Source: an uncultured Chitinophaga sp.
GTDB lineage: Bacteria; Bacteroidota; Bacteroidia; UKL13-3
DNA: 64,000 bases
NCBI GenBank assembly: GCA_964545895.1
Contig: CAZJHS010000002.1
Location: forward strand, 28,735 to 92,734
Direction of reading: 5' to 3'
Both the position numbers and the translations under genes were made by a program. A model generated the notes under the pieces. The model was not told the origin of the DNA and did no database searches. It saw only the letters and a list, made by a program, of their open reading frames with translations. This document shows positions 19,301 through 27,691 of the stretch, piece after piece; the first letter of the stretch is position 1; every line of letters starts with the position of its first letter.

Positions 19301-20306
19301 CAGATATAGCACCACTTTGTGTGGTAGCATTTCCTGTTGCTGGAGTAGAACTGTATGCACCTTCTGAGATGGCATATACCTGAAAGTAATAAGTTGTATT
19401 GGGAAATAATCCGCCAACTACCAAACTAGCACTTGCCGAGTTTCCTGCATACGTAAAATTTAAGTTATCAATTGATTTGTATACTGCATACTTAACAGCA
19501 CCAACAACTGGCGACCAATTTACGGTTAACGAAGTGGGGTTGATATTTGTAATATTTAAACTAGAAACATTACTTGGGGTTGGGGGTGTAAAAATATAGC
19601 TTTGACCTGTAGCTGGCTTAGTATTTAAGGTATTATACGATACAGCACTGCTTAACGTTGGTGAGTTTCCTGTTCCGTTTAAACTTAAATAACTTGTATT
19701 TCCATTACTACTAATACCAATGGATGCAGATGGCGAGAACAAGTTGGCTGATTCTTGTTTATAAACAAACTCAATAACCCCAGTTGTTTCGTAAAACTTA
19801 GCCTGAAACGAAATAGCCGCATCGTTAGCAAACCAATTCCATTCGGCATTTTTCCATTGCGCAGTAAACACTCGATAAGGTGCTGTACCTGTGGTAACAT
19901 AAGAAAACTCTGCACCCGACAAAGTATCCATATCTAAATTATCCCACAATGGTGCAATAAATGGCCTGTAAAAATTAGCTACAGTACCGCTAAAAGTATT
20001 GTTTGGCGCTGCCGCGGTGGGCAAAGCTGTTTGCGATAATGAAATAACTCCATTAGTTGAAGCATGAATATTATTAATAAGCGTGCCCATATACCAAAAT
20101 TCAAATCCTAAAGGAACATTAGTAAACCAACCTTCGTCTAAATCGCCACCAGTAAGCGCGGGCACAGTAGCATTAGTTATTGGCGTATAAGATCCTTGAC
20201 CACTGGTAAACGTATAATTAGTTATTTGTTGTGCATTTACTGTACCGAAAAATAAGGTCATTAAAGCACCTAGTAATTTGTATTTTCTAAGAGTCATAAT
20301 AATCAA
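16371..20306 (-). CDS. Large secreted beta-helix/FN3-containing protein with T9SS C-terminal sorting domain
   Basis: Signal peptide LFFGTVNAQ and an FN3-like segment (PSNVSSLNITNINPTSLTVNWSPVVGAVKYAVY). Long Asn/Gly/Thr-rich beta-helix-type repeats. CTD VNVWPNPVSDFLNLDL...GVYFIKVKIDDESESVRKIVVTE. Confidence 0.8.
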   Translation of the reverse strand: MIIMTLRKYKLLGALMTLFFGTVNAQQITNYTFTSGQGSYTPITNATVPALTGGDLDEGWFTNVPLGFEFWYMGTLINNIHASTNGVISLSQTALPTAAAPNNTFSGTVANFYRPFIAPLWDNLDMDTLSGAEFSYVTTGTAPYRVFTAQWKNAEWNWFANDAAISFQAKFYETTGVIEFVYKQESANLFSPSASIGISSNGNTSYLSLNGTGNSPTLSSAVSYNTLNTKPATGQSYIFTPPTPSNVSSLNITNINPTSLTVNWSPVVGAVKYAVYKSIDNLNFTYAGNSASASLVVGGLFPNTTYYFQVYAISEGAYSSTPATGNATTQSGAISGVITVPSMAPSITSVLDSIKNYGIGGAVVIELQNGYTPANERFPIYLSDTLGTSAAAPLTIRPASGATGIEIFPPLNYINTFLFTSAKSITLDGRPGGVGTTSELTVRTSNYSAGIYFNATYGASSNCTVNYIKVKAALGATNINSFIEIYGYAQTSINNNVISNCELGDSNVMATYGIRMYAYNNFVVTDNSIINNKIFNIGGGGSTSMGIYLYGTTNNRVNIIGNHIYNFSPINANYTSYSFYGIYLQGGSHNVKYNYIGGTDTACTGNTFEIGPASTMSNFYGIYYYGTTNQTINVQGNKIANFFWPGSSTTPWTGIYIQGGNAFVGDTVPNIIGDPTSATPSIYVLSQLNTTTPVACGIKSIGNGVVKIKNNLISGITAVGVNSSYPCSVVGILGTTSTNMEISGNTVGNTNFTNALRAASPNSSYAQSAVGIQVGGTGLGNLTVTDNIVANVVNSGASTSLQNFASGIQITSNSAALISGNQINNIYSSSGNPSSNGNTAVTGLYYNTTSGSATISNNVIHTLRTLSTTSPVNALGINVISSSGSAINVNANFVHSFKTNSTALASGLTGIYLQDGIINATNNMVRLGIDNTGASVATANVIIGINKITSYDANIYHNTVYIGGTVAGTSLVNTYAFKKSNDGLDEVKNNIFTNLRTNATSGGKHYAMGLNTANNIVSNYNLLLASGNNGRLFQLGSTDYNNRVNWFVATSLDEYSDSANIPYLNATGNAAAVDLHISAITPTKVEGNGGVTFVSTDFDGQLRSNFGPVDIGADAGVFVKQNIIPVPVTWVWVKAVQTQSNGLIKWQVASQLNNSKFIVQRSVDGKYFVEVGEIEGAGTLHAIATYSYTDIGVFTKNFGTVYYRIVQVDYSGATSQSQTVAIENANHLDKQVNVWPNPVSDFLNLDLPVIPLAQKVQLEVVNYLGVSCMKQEVYYANKLKLSVKDLEPGVYFIKVKIDDESESVRKIVVTE

Positions 20307-20445
20307 AAATAGGATTTATTTTGATTATTTATATTTAAAAGTATGTTAAAACTCTGATTATCATTTGTAAAAATACCCATCTTATTATTTGTTCGGTTAA
20401 AAGGATAAAAGCTATCTTCGCACCTAAAATTCTTAAGACAGAGTC

Positions 20446-23166
20446 ATGGATAAATTCTCTTACATTTCGAACGCTGATGTAAACGCTATTGAAGATTTAT
20501 ATCAACAATATTTAGGTAACAACGAATCGGTAGATTTTGGCTGGAAAAAGTTTTTTGAAGGCTTTGAAATGGGCCAACAAAAATTTGATGGTAACACCAA
20601 AGGTGTTGCGTTAAGCCAAGATGCGTTAAAAGAAATAAATGTATTGAATTTAATTCAAGGATATCGTTCGCGCGGGCATTTGTTTACCAAAACCAATCCG
20701 GTACGCGAACGCAGAAAATATGAACCTACCTTAGAAATTAAAAACTTTGGCTTAGAGCCTGCCGACTTAGACAAAACATTTAATGCAGGTGTTGAAGTAG
20801 GTTTAGGTGCTGCCAAACTAAAAGATATTATTGCATTGCTTGAGCAAACCTACTGCCAAAGTATTGGTGCCGAGTTTATGTATGTGCGCGAGCCTCGCAA
20901 AATTGATTGGTTAAAGAAAAAAATGGAATCGAGCCGCAATACACCAAATTGCAGCATTGATGAAAAACGCCATATACTTGGTAAACTTAACCAGGCTACC
21001 ATTTTCGAAAATTTTATTCATACCAAATTTGTTGGCCAAAAACGTTTCTCGCTTGAAGGGTTAGAAACATTAATTCCGGCATTAGATGCGGTAATTCAAT
21101 ATGGTGCTGAGTTAGGTGTTCAGGAGTTTGTATTAGGTATGGCTCATCGTGGCCGCCTAAATGTGTTGGCTAATATTTTAAATAAAACCTACGAGCAAAT
21201 ATTTAAAGAGTTTGAAGGTGATTCATTAGAAGAAGCATTATTTGAAGGTGATGTAAAATACCACTTGGGTTATGCAACCGAAATTACTACCACAAAAGGT
21301 AAAAAGGTTAACTTAAGTTTATCGCCAAATCCATCGCACTTAGAAACCGTAGGACCAGTAGTAAAAGGTATTACACGTGCCAAGTTAGATAAAAAACACG
21401 AAGGTGAGATTAGCAAAATTGCACCAATTTTAATTCATGGCGATGCATCTGTTGCAGGCCAAGGTGTAGTGTATGAAATGGTTCAAATGGCCGGTTTAAA
21501 AGCTTACAACGTAGGTGGCTGTATGCACATTGTTACCAATAACCAAATTGGATTCACCACCAATTATTTAGATGCACGTACCAGTACTTATTGTACTGAT
21601 GTAGCTAAAACTACATTGAGCCCGGTATTTCATGTGAATGGTGATGATGTTGAAGCGGTAATTTTTACCGTAAAACTTGCCATGGAATATCGTCAGGAAT
21701 TTAAAACAGACGTATTTATTGATTTATTAGGCTACCGTAAATATGGCCACAACGAGGGTGATGAACCACGTTTTACCCAACCATTATTATACAAGGCTAT
21801 TGCTACCCATGCAAACCCACGCGAAATATACAATCAAAAATTATTGAGCGCAGGTAGCGTAGAAGCTGATTTAGCTAAGGAAATGGAAAAAGAATTCCGT
21901 GGCATGTTGCAACAAAAATTAGAAGCAGCAAAAGCCGCAGAGGTTTCTAAAGTACAATCGTTTATTGCTTCAACTTGGGATGGTTTTCACGGTGCAACCG
22001 ATAAAGATTTTGATACGCAACCTAAAACTGCCGTTGATAAAAAATTGTTTTTAGGATTAGCCGAAAAAATAACCAGCATACCAGAAGGTTTTAAAGCATT
22101 TAGCAAAGTAGAAAAACTGTTTAACGATCGTAGAAATATGATTAAAAACGACAACTACGATTGGGCTATGGGCGAGTTAATGGCTTATGCTACACTTAGC
22201 AACGAAGGCCATGCAGTACGTATGACAGGACAAGATGTAGAACGCGGAACTTTCTCTCACCGTCATGCTATTATTAAACAAGAAGACAGCGAATTATCAC
22301 ACAATATTTTTGATAGTTTAGGTGCTGATAAAAAAGCTAATGTAGAGTTTTACAACTCTCTTTTATCTGAGTACGCTGTATTAGGTTTTGAGTACGGATT
22401 TAGTATGCTTACGCCAAATGATTTAACCATTTGGGAAGCTCAGTTTGGTGATTTTGCCAACGGTGCACAAATTGTAATTGATCAATATATTAGTAGTGCC
22501 GAAGCCAAATGGAAAACATACAGTGGCTTGGTAATGATGTTACCACACGGATATGAAGGCCAAGGACCTGAGCATTCATCGGCACGTTTAGAGCGCTTTT
22601 TACAGCTTTGTGCGAATTGGAATATACAAGTATGTAATATTACTACACCTGCTAATTACTTCCACGCATTACGCAGACAGTTGCATAGAGATACAAGATT
22701 ACCATTAGTGGTAATGACTCCAAAAAGTTTACTACGCCACGCAGCTTGCGTAAGTAAGTTAGAAGATTTTACCAAAGGCGGATTCCAACAACTTATTGAT
22801 GATAGCAGCGTAAAAGCAAAAGATGTAAAACGTGTATTATTCTGCACAGGTAAAATTTACTTTGATTTGTTGGAGCGTCAACAAAAAGAAAACAGAAAAG
22901 ATGTTGCCATTGTGCGTTTAGAACAAATTTATCCGATGCCTGAAAAAGAAATGGATGAGGTATTTGCTAAATATACCAATGCCGATTTCTGCTGGGTACA
23001 AGAAGAGCCTAAAAACATGGGCAGCTGGACTTACTTATTGCGCAGAGAAGAAAACTACAAATTGAAGTTAATCTCGCGCAAAGCAAGTGCTTCGCCTGCT
23101 ACAGGGTTTAGTAAAGTACACGCCAAAGAACAACAACAAATAGTTGACGATGCATTTAACATTTAA
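20446..23166 (+). CDS. sucA: 2-oxoglutarate dehydrogenase E1 component
   Basis: 906 aa with RGH...NP, MAHRGRLNVLAN, the HGDAS..GQGVV ThDP block, and HGYEGQGPEHSSARLERFLQL. Confidence 0.95.
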   Translation: MDKFSYISNADVNAIEDLYQQYLGNNESVDFGWKKFFEGFEMGQQKFDGNTKGVALSQDALKEINVLNLIQGYRSRGHLFTKTNPVRERRKYEPTLEIKNFGLEPADLDKTFNAGVEVGLGAAKLKDIIALLEQTYCQSIGAEFMYVREPRKIDWLKKKMESSRNTPNCSIDEKRHILGKLNQATIFENFIHTKFVGQKRFSLEGLETLIPALDAVIQYGAELGVQEFVLGMAHRGRLNVLANILNKTYEQIFKEFEGDSLEEALFEGDVKYHLGYATEITTTKGKKVNLSLSPNPSHLETVGPVVKGITRAKLDKKHEGEISKIAPILIHGDASVAGQGVVYEMVQMAGLKAYNVGGCMHIVTNNQIGFTTNYLDARTSTYCTDVAKTTLSPVFHVNGDDVEAVIFTVKLAMEYRQEFKTDVFIDLLGYRKYGHNEGDEPRFTQPLLYKAIATHANPREIYNQKLLSAGSVEADLAKEMEKEFRGMLQQKLEAAKAAEVSKVQSFIASTWDGFHGATDKDFDTQPKTAVDKKLFLGLAEKITSIPEGFKAFSKVEKLFNDRRNMIKNDNYDWAMGELMAYATLSNEGHAVRMTGQDVERGTFSHRHAIIKQEDSELSHNIFDSLGADKKANVEFYNSLLSEYAVLGFEYGFSMLTPNDLTIWEAQFGDFANGAQIVIDQYISSAEAKWKTYSGLVMMLPHGYEGQGPEHSSARLERFLQLCANWNIQVCNITTPANYFHALRRQLHRDTRLPLVVMTPKSLLRHAACVSKLEDFTKGGFQQLIDDSSVKAKDVKRVLFCTGKIYFDLLERQQKENRKDVAIVRLEQIYPMPEKEMDEVFAKYTNADFCWVQEEPKNMGSWTYLLRREENYKLKLISRKASASPATGFSKVHAKEQQQIVDDAFNI

Positions 23167-23176
23167 TTAATATACA

Positions 23177-23204
23177 ACGGAGGTTAATAGCCTCCGTTTT
23201 TTTT
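23177..23204 (+). terminator. Intrinsic terminator after sucA
   Basis: ACGGAGG(23177-23183)/CCTCCGT(23191-23197) followed by a T8 run. Confidence 0.8.
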
Positions 23205-24378
23205 GCTCATGGAAACACCAACAAAAAGAATTGTATCAATAGATGTGTTAAGGGGGTTAGTAATTGTACTTATGGCCCTTGATCATGTACGCGATTTTTT
23301 TCATGATGATGCATTTATGCATGACCCCATGGACTTAACCACCACCACACCCGCATTGTTTTTTACCCGTTGGATAACTCACTTTTGCGCGCCCATTTTC
23401 ATTTTCTTGGCAGGCATTTCAGCTTATTTATCAGGCAGCAAAAAATCGGCAAAAGAATTACAGCTATTTTTAATAAAGCGTGGCATTTGGCTTATAGTTA
23501 TTGAACTTACCGTAGTAAACTTTGGCTGGATGTTTAACCCTTATTTTAGTGCCTCTATTTTACAAGTAATTTGGGCTATTGGTGCATGTATGCTTATGCT
23601 AGGGTTGATTATTAGATTACCACAAAAAGTAATTTTGGGGTTGGGTATTGCCATTATTTGCTTGCATAATTTACTCGATTTATTGCCTTCTTACATACAA
23701 GAAACCTTTATATACAATGCATTTCATACCAGCGGATTTAAGGCCTTTCAGCTTGCCGAAAACTACCGTATTGTAACCGTTTATGGCGTGTTACCTTGGT
23801 TTGGTATTATGTGTTTAGGATTTGGCTTGGGTTACTTATTTAAACCAAATTTTGATGCCGCTAAACGTAAAACCATTTTACAAACAATTGGCATAAGCAT
23901 GTTGGTGGGTTTTGTAATATTACGTTTGATAAACCAGTATGGCAATCCTGCACCTTACACTACACAACCTACACTTACCTATACTATTCTTTCATTTTTA
24001 GATGTAAACAAATACCCACCATCATTAATGTATACCTTATTAATGATTGGCCCAGCTTTGCTATTTTTAGCTTGGTTCGAAAACACTAAAAACTGGCTTA
24101 TGCAAAAGCTTCAAGTTTTTGGAAGCGTTCCCTTTTTCTTTTACATCGCCCATATTTACCTTATACATTTACTAACCATAGGGTTGTTTTTTATACAAGG
24201 CTATACTTGGCAAGATGCCATACAACAACCATTTTGGTTTAGGCCAGCAAAACTTGGAGTAAGTTTAGCATACACATACCTAGTGTGCATTACAGTAGTT
24301 TTATTATTATACCCACTTTGTAAAAAATTTAGCGTGTACAAAAAAGCCAATAAACATTGGTGGCTGAGCTATTTATAA
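23203..24378 (+). CDS. DUF1624 / heparan-alpha-glucosaminide N-acetyltransferase-like membrane protein
   Basis: The N-terminal SIDVLRGLVIVLMALDHVRDFF signature plus about 10 TM segments. The track start TTG lies in the sucA terminator T-run, so the ATG at 23209 is more likely. Confidence 0.7.
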   Translation: MLMETPTKRIVSIDVLRGLVIVLMALDHVRDFFHDDAFMHDPMDLTTTTPALFFTRWITHFCAPIFIFLAGISAYLSGSKKSAKELQLFLIKRGIWLIVIELTVVNFGWMFNPYFSASILQVIWAIGACMLMLGLIIRLPQKVILGLGIAIICLHNLLDLLPSYIQETFIYNAFHTSGFKAFQLAENYRIVTVYGVLPWFGIMCLGFGLGYLFKPNFDAAKRKTILQTIGISMLVGFVILRLINQYGNPAPYTTQPTLTYTILSFLDVNKYPPSLMYTLLMIGPALLFLAWFENTKNWLMQKLQVFGSVPFFFYIAHIYLIHLLTIGLFFIQGYTWQDAIQQPFWFRPAKLGVSLAYTYLVCITVVLLLYPLCKKFSVYKKANKHWWLSYL

Positions 24379-24467
24379 AAACAATTTATAAATCTTGCTT
24401 GAAACCTATTTATTGTTGAAGTTCGCATAAACAAAATAACATTGTTTAAACCTAACTTAAAAGTCAC

Positions 24468-25061
24468 ATGCAAATAGATACCAATATCTTAATAGCTTGG
24501 GGAGGCATTGCAAAAAAATATGCCAAAAACGAAGTGATTTTTCATGAAGATACTGAAGCCCTTTTTTACTATCAAGTTGTAGAAGGACAGGTAAAAATGA
24601 TAAACATTAACAATGATGGTAAGGAATATATACAAGGTATTTTTCATGAGGGATGCAGCTTTGGCGAACCTCCACTATTTGTAAATGAGGTATACCCTAC
24701 TACAGCCATTGCACAAAAAGATTCTATTGTTTTAAAGCTATCGAAAAGTACTTTTTTAAAACTACTTGACGAATATCCCGAACTAACCAAAAGCTTATTG
24801 ATACAACTTGCACACCGTATTTACAACAAAACAGTAACTGCACGCGAACTTATACACAACAAGCCCGAAGACCGGATTTTGGCCTTTTTAAAAGAATACA
24901 AAAAGAAGTTTAGCAACGATACTGGATTATGGCTTGTGCCACACACCCGACAAGAAATTGCAAACCTAACGGGGCTTAGGGTTGAAACGGTGATTAGAGC
25001 ATTAAAGAAAATGGAAACAACTAAACAGGTTCAAATTATTAATCACAAACTTTACTACTAA
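24468..25061 (+). CDS. Crp/Fnr-family transcriptional regulator (no N-terminal Cys cluster)
   Basis: cNMP-binding-like beta-roll (FHEGCSFGEPPLF) and a C-terminal HTH TRQEIANLTGLRVETVIRALKKM with the E--xR recognition pattern. Confidence 0.85.
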   Translation: MQIDTNILIAWGGIAKKYAKNEVIFHEDTEALFYYQVVEGQVKMININNDGKEYIQGIFHEGCSFGEPPLFVNEVYPTTAIAQKDSIVLKLSKSTFLKLLDEYPELTKSLLIQLAHRIYNKTVTARELIHNKPEDRILAFLKEYKKKFSNDTGLWLVPHTRQEIANLTGLRVETVIRALKKMETTKQVQIINHKLYY

Positions 25062-26293
25062 TGGCAACATTTAGTTTACGCAAATGGGTGATAATTTCGC
25101 TTATTAATCTTTTGATAGTTGCCATTTTAGGAAGTTTAATGCGCTATAAAATCTGCTTTGAGTTTCACCTACTCGACCAAAAAAACATGCAACATGCACA
25201 CTCACATTTTGCATTTGCCGGGTGGATATCGCAAACCCTTATGGCTTTTATGGTTTACTATTTACAACAAAATAGCACACGCATATCACTATCAAAATAC
25301 CAAACACTGCTTACCTTAAACTTACTTACCTCTGTAGGCATGCTGGTTTCTTTTATAGCAAGTGGTTACAGTCTTGTTTCTATCGTTTGTTCTACGTTAT
25401 CCATATTTATATCGTTTGCTTTTGCTTGGTTGTTTTGGGTTGATAGTAAACACCTCCCTAGCTTATCTACCGCCACCAAATGGTTTAAAGCAGCATTGGT
25501 TTTTCTCATTTTATCTTCATTAGGCACATTTTCGCTGGCCTATATGATGGCCACACATCAACTAAACCAACACATTTATTTGGCTTCTATTTATTGGTAT
25601 TTACATTTTCAATACAACGGTTGGTTTTTGTTTGCTTGCATGGGGTTATTGGTTAGTTTAATTGAGCCTAACGAACATAATCATCATAAATTTAACCAGG
25701 TATTTTGGTTGTTTTTTGCAACCTGTATTCCTGCCTATACGCTATCTGTTTTGTGGGCCAATTTACCCAACTGGCTTTTTGCAATTACCATAGTTTCGTC
25801 TGTAGTACAAACCTGGGCGTGGTTCAAATTTGTAAGTTTATTTAAACCTCATTTTACACAAATTAAAACAAAATCAGGGTCGGCTATTGGCTTTATATTA
25901 CTGCTTTTAACTTTAGCCTTTACAGTTAAAATACTCCTGCAATTAGGATCAACCATTCCCGAAATAAGTAAACTTGCCTTTGGCCTACGCCCAGTTGTAA
26001 TTGCTTACCTTCACTTGGTTTTGCTCGCAATTACTTCGGTTTTTTTAGTAGTGCTTATGTTTTTAAAAGGCATTTTTAAAAGCACACCACAAGCCATTAG
26101 GCTGTTTATGTTTTTAGCAGCTAGTATTTATGTTAACCAATTGCTTTTGGGCGCTAACGGAATTGCAGCTATTGATTATATAGTGCTTCCTTATTCACAA
26201 GAATTACTATTTGGAGTGGCGTTAATTATTGCACTTAGTATTATACTTCTTATTAGAACTTTAGTTTTGCAAAAGCAATTAACTAATGACTAA
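25061..26293 (+). CDS. Polytopic membrane protein, NnrS-like (tentative)
   Basis: 410 aa with about 12 TM helices. MQHAHSHFAFAGW resembles the NnrS H-x-H-E-M-L-F-G-F block. TAATG stop/start overlap with the Crp/Fnr gene, which parallels nnrR-nnrS arrangements. Confidence 0.45.
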   Translation: MATFSLRKWVIISLINLLIVAILGSLMRYKICFEFHLLDQKNMQHAHSHFAFAGWISQTLMAFMVYYLQQNSTRISLSKYQTLLTLNLLTSVGMLVSFIASGYSLVSIVCSTLSIFISFAFAWLFWVDSKHLPSLSTATKWFKAALVFLILSSLGTFSLAYMMATHQLNQHIYLASIYWYLHFQYNGWFLFACMGLLVSLIEPNEHNHHKFNQVFWLFFATCIPAYTLSVLWANLPNWLFAITIVSSVVQTWAWFKFVSLFKPHFTQIKTKSGSAIGFILLLLTLAFTVKILLQLGSTIPEISKLAFGLRPVVIAYLHLVLLAITSVFLVVLMFLKGIFKSTPQAIRLFMFLAASIYVNQLLLGANGIAAIDYIVLPYSQELLFGVALIIALSIILLIRTLVLQKQLTND

Positions 26294-26349
26294 TATCTTT
26301 TAATATTTGTGACTGCAATCATACCTAAAAAATAGCCGCACACTTATAT

Positions 26350-26733
26350 TTGCTTACTGTTTTGAAAAACCTTGTTATAACCATATGGCTTTTTTCTATG
26401 GCACTGCAATTAAGCAGCAAGCTTGGTTTTATTGCATGGTTTACCATTAATCAAACAGAAATTATTGAGCAATGTTGTGTAAACAAAAACAAGCCCGAGT
26501 TAAACTGTAAGGCTAAATGTTACTTAAGCAGCAAGTTGGTTGAAAACAATGAATCGGCTGCCAATACACCTGCACCTACCAAGCTAAAACAAGCTACCGA
26601 AGAGGTACTATTTTGCGAAACGGAACCTGAGTTTTACACGCCCCTATTATTTATCCAACGTATTACTACAAAACAAGTAGCCACTTATTTTCATTTATAC
26701 AGTAACAGTGTATTTCAGCCACCAAGGGCTTAA
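26350..26733 (+). CDS. Small membrane-anchored Cys-motif protein, unknown function
   Basis: TTG start, one N-terminal TM segment, and the motif CCVNKNKPELNCKAKCYL. Confidence 0.4.
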   Translation: MLTVLKNLVITIWLFSMALQLSSKLGFIAWFTINQTEIIEQCCVNKNKPELNCKAKCYLSSKLVENNESAANTPAPTKLKQATEEVLFCETEPEFYTPLLFIQRITTKQVATYFHLYSNSVFQPPRA

Positions 26734-26797
26734 TCTTTGAACCTTTTCTAGCCATTTATTTCAAAGATTTCTTACACAAAAAACACAATTACATTTT

Positions 26798-27637
26798 ATG
26801 AAAATTTTTAATTCCATCATGATGATGGTTATTGTTGCTGCGCTAACTTTAAGCTCATGCAAAAAAGAAGATATTGCTACACCTATATCAAACCCAACAA
26901 CTGCCGACTCCATTATACCTAGCAGCTTTATAAAAATAGGCGAAACCTACGTGATTGGTGCTGCTGCAAAAGCAGTAATTTATGCCGAAGCAAACCTGAG
27001 TGTTGGCTATCAAAAACTATACACCGCATTGTATGATTCTGTAACCAATAAACGCCTTACCAACGGACATTTTGAGTTAACGCCAATTATGGATATGGGC
27101 AGTATGATACACAGCGCTCCTATTGAAAATATAGAAGGCGATACCATGCCTAACAAACAACTTTGGCAAGCAGCAACTGTATTTACCATGGGTGGTAATT
27201 GGAAATTAAATATTCAGTTTCATAACCACACCAATAATTTGGAAGGCGAAGGAGAAGCGATGGTAAGCGTATCAACACCTACAAACAGCGTAATGAAAAG
27301 CTTTATTATAGCAGCTGATGATAGCGCTAAAGTATTTGTATCATTAATAAAACCTACTGCTGCTAAAATTGGCATTAACGATTTTGAAATTGCTATACAC
27401 AAAAAAGCTAGCATGATGAGTTTTCCTGCTGTAGAAAATTACACTGTAGAAATAAACCCAATCATGCCATCTATGGGTCATGGGTCGCCAAACAATGTAA
27501 ACCCTACACATACAGGTAACGGACACTACATGGGCAAAGTAAACTTTACCATGACAGGCTTGTGGCGCGTTAATTTAATTATTAAAAAAGACGGTGTTAT
27601 TATAGATAACAGTCAGTATTTCGACATCACTTTATAA
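26798..27637 (+). CDS. Met/His-rich lipoprotein (candidate periplasmic metal-binding protein)
   Basis: Lipobox LTLSSCKKE. Met/His clusters MDMGSMIHS and IMPSMGHGSPNNVNPTHTGNGHYMG. C-terminal beta-sandwich-like GLWRVNLIIKKDG. Confidence 0.6.
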   Translation: MKIFNSIMMMVIVAALTLSSCKKEDIATPISNPTTADSIIPSSFIKIGETYVIGAAAKAVIYAEANLSVGYQKLYTALYDSVTNKRLTNGHFELTPIMDMGSMIHSAPIENIEGDTMPNKQLWQAATVFTMGGNWKLNIQFHNHTNNLEGEGEAMVSVSTPTNSVMKSFIIAADDSAKVFVSLIKPTAAKIGINDFEIAIHKKASMMSFPAVENYTVEINPIMPSMGHGSPNNVNPTHTGNGHYMGKVNFTMTGLWRVNLIIKKDGVIIDNSQYFDITL

Positions 27638-27646
27638 TTGAAAATT

Positions 27647-27691
27647 ACAACAGCGCACTTACCTAAAATAAAATATTTTGTGCGCTGTTGT
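27647..27691 (+). terminator. Strong hairpin between the lipoprotein and TonB-receptor genes (terminator/attenuator candidate)
   Basis: Perfect 12-bp stem ACAACAGCGCAC(27647-27658)/GTGCGCTGTTGT(27680-27691) with a 21-nt AT-rich loop. It is followed by TTAT only, so the U-tract is weak. Confidence 0.45.

Noticed and set aside
20446-23204. sucA followed by a strong terminator instead of sucB.
   Set aside because: This may simply reflect a split sucA/sucB arrangement in this lineage. Without the rest of the genome it cannot be evaluated, so I am not reporting it as a finding.
26308-26323. CRP-like TGTGA-CTGCAA-TCATA upstream of the small Cys-motif ORF.
   Set aside because: One half-site is imperfect and the site is only about 27 nt from the TTG start. 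This is easily chance in AT-rich DNA.
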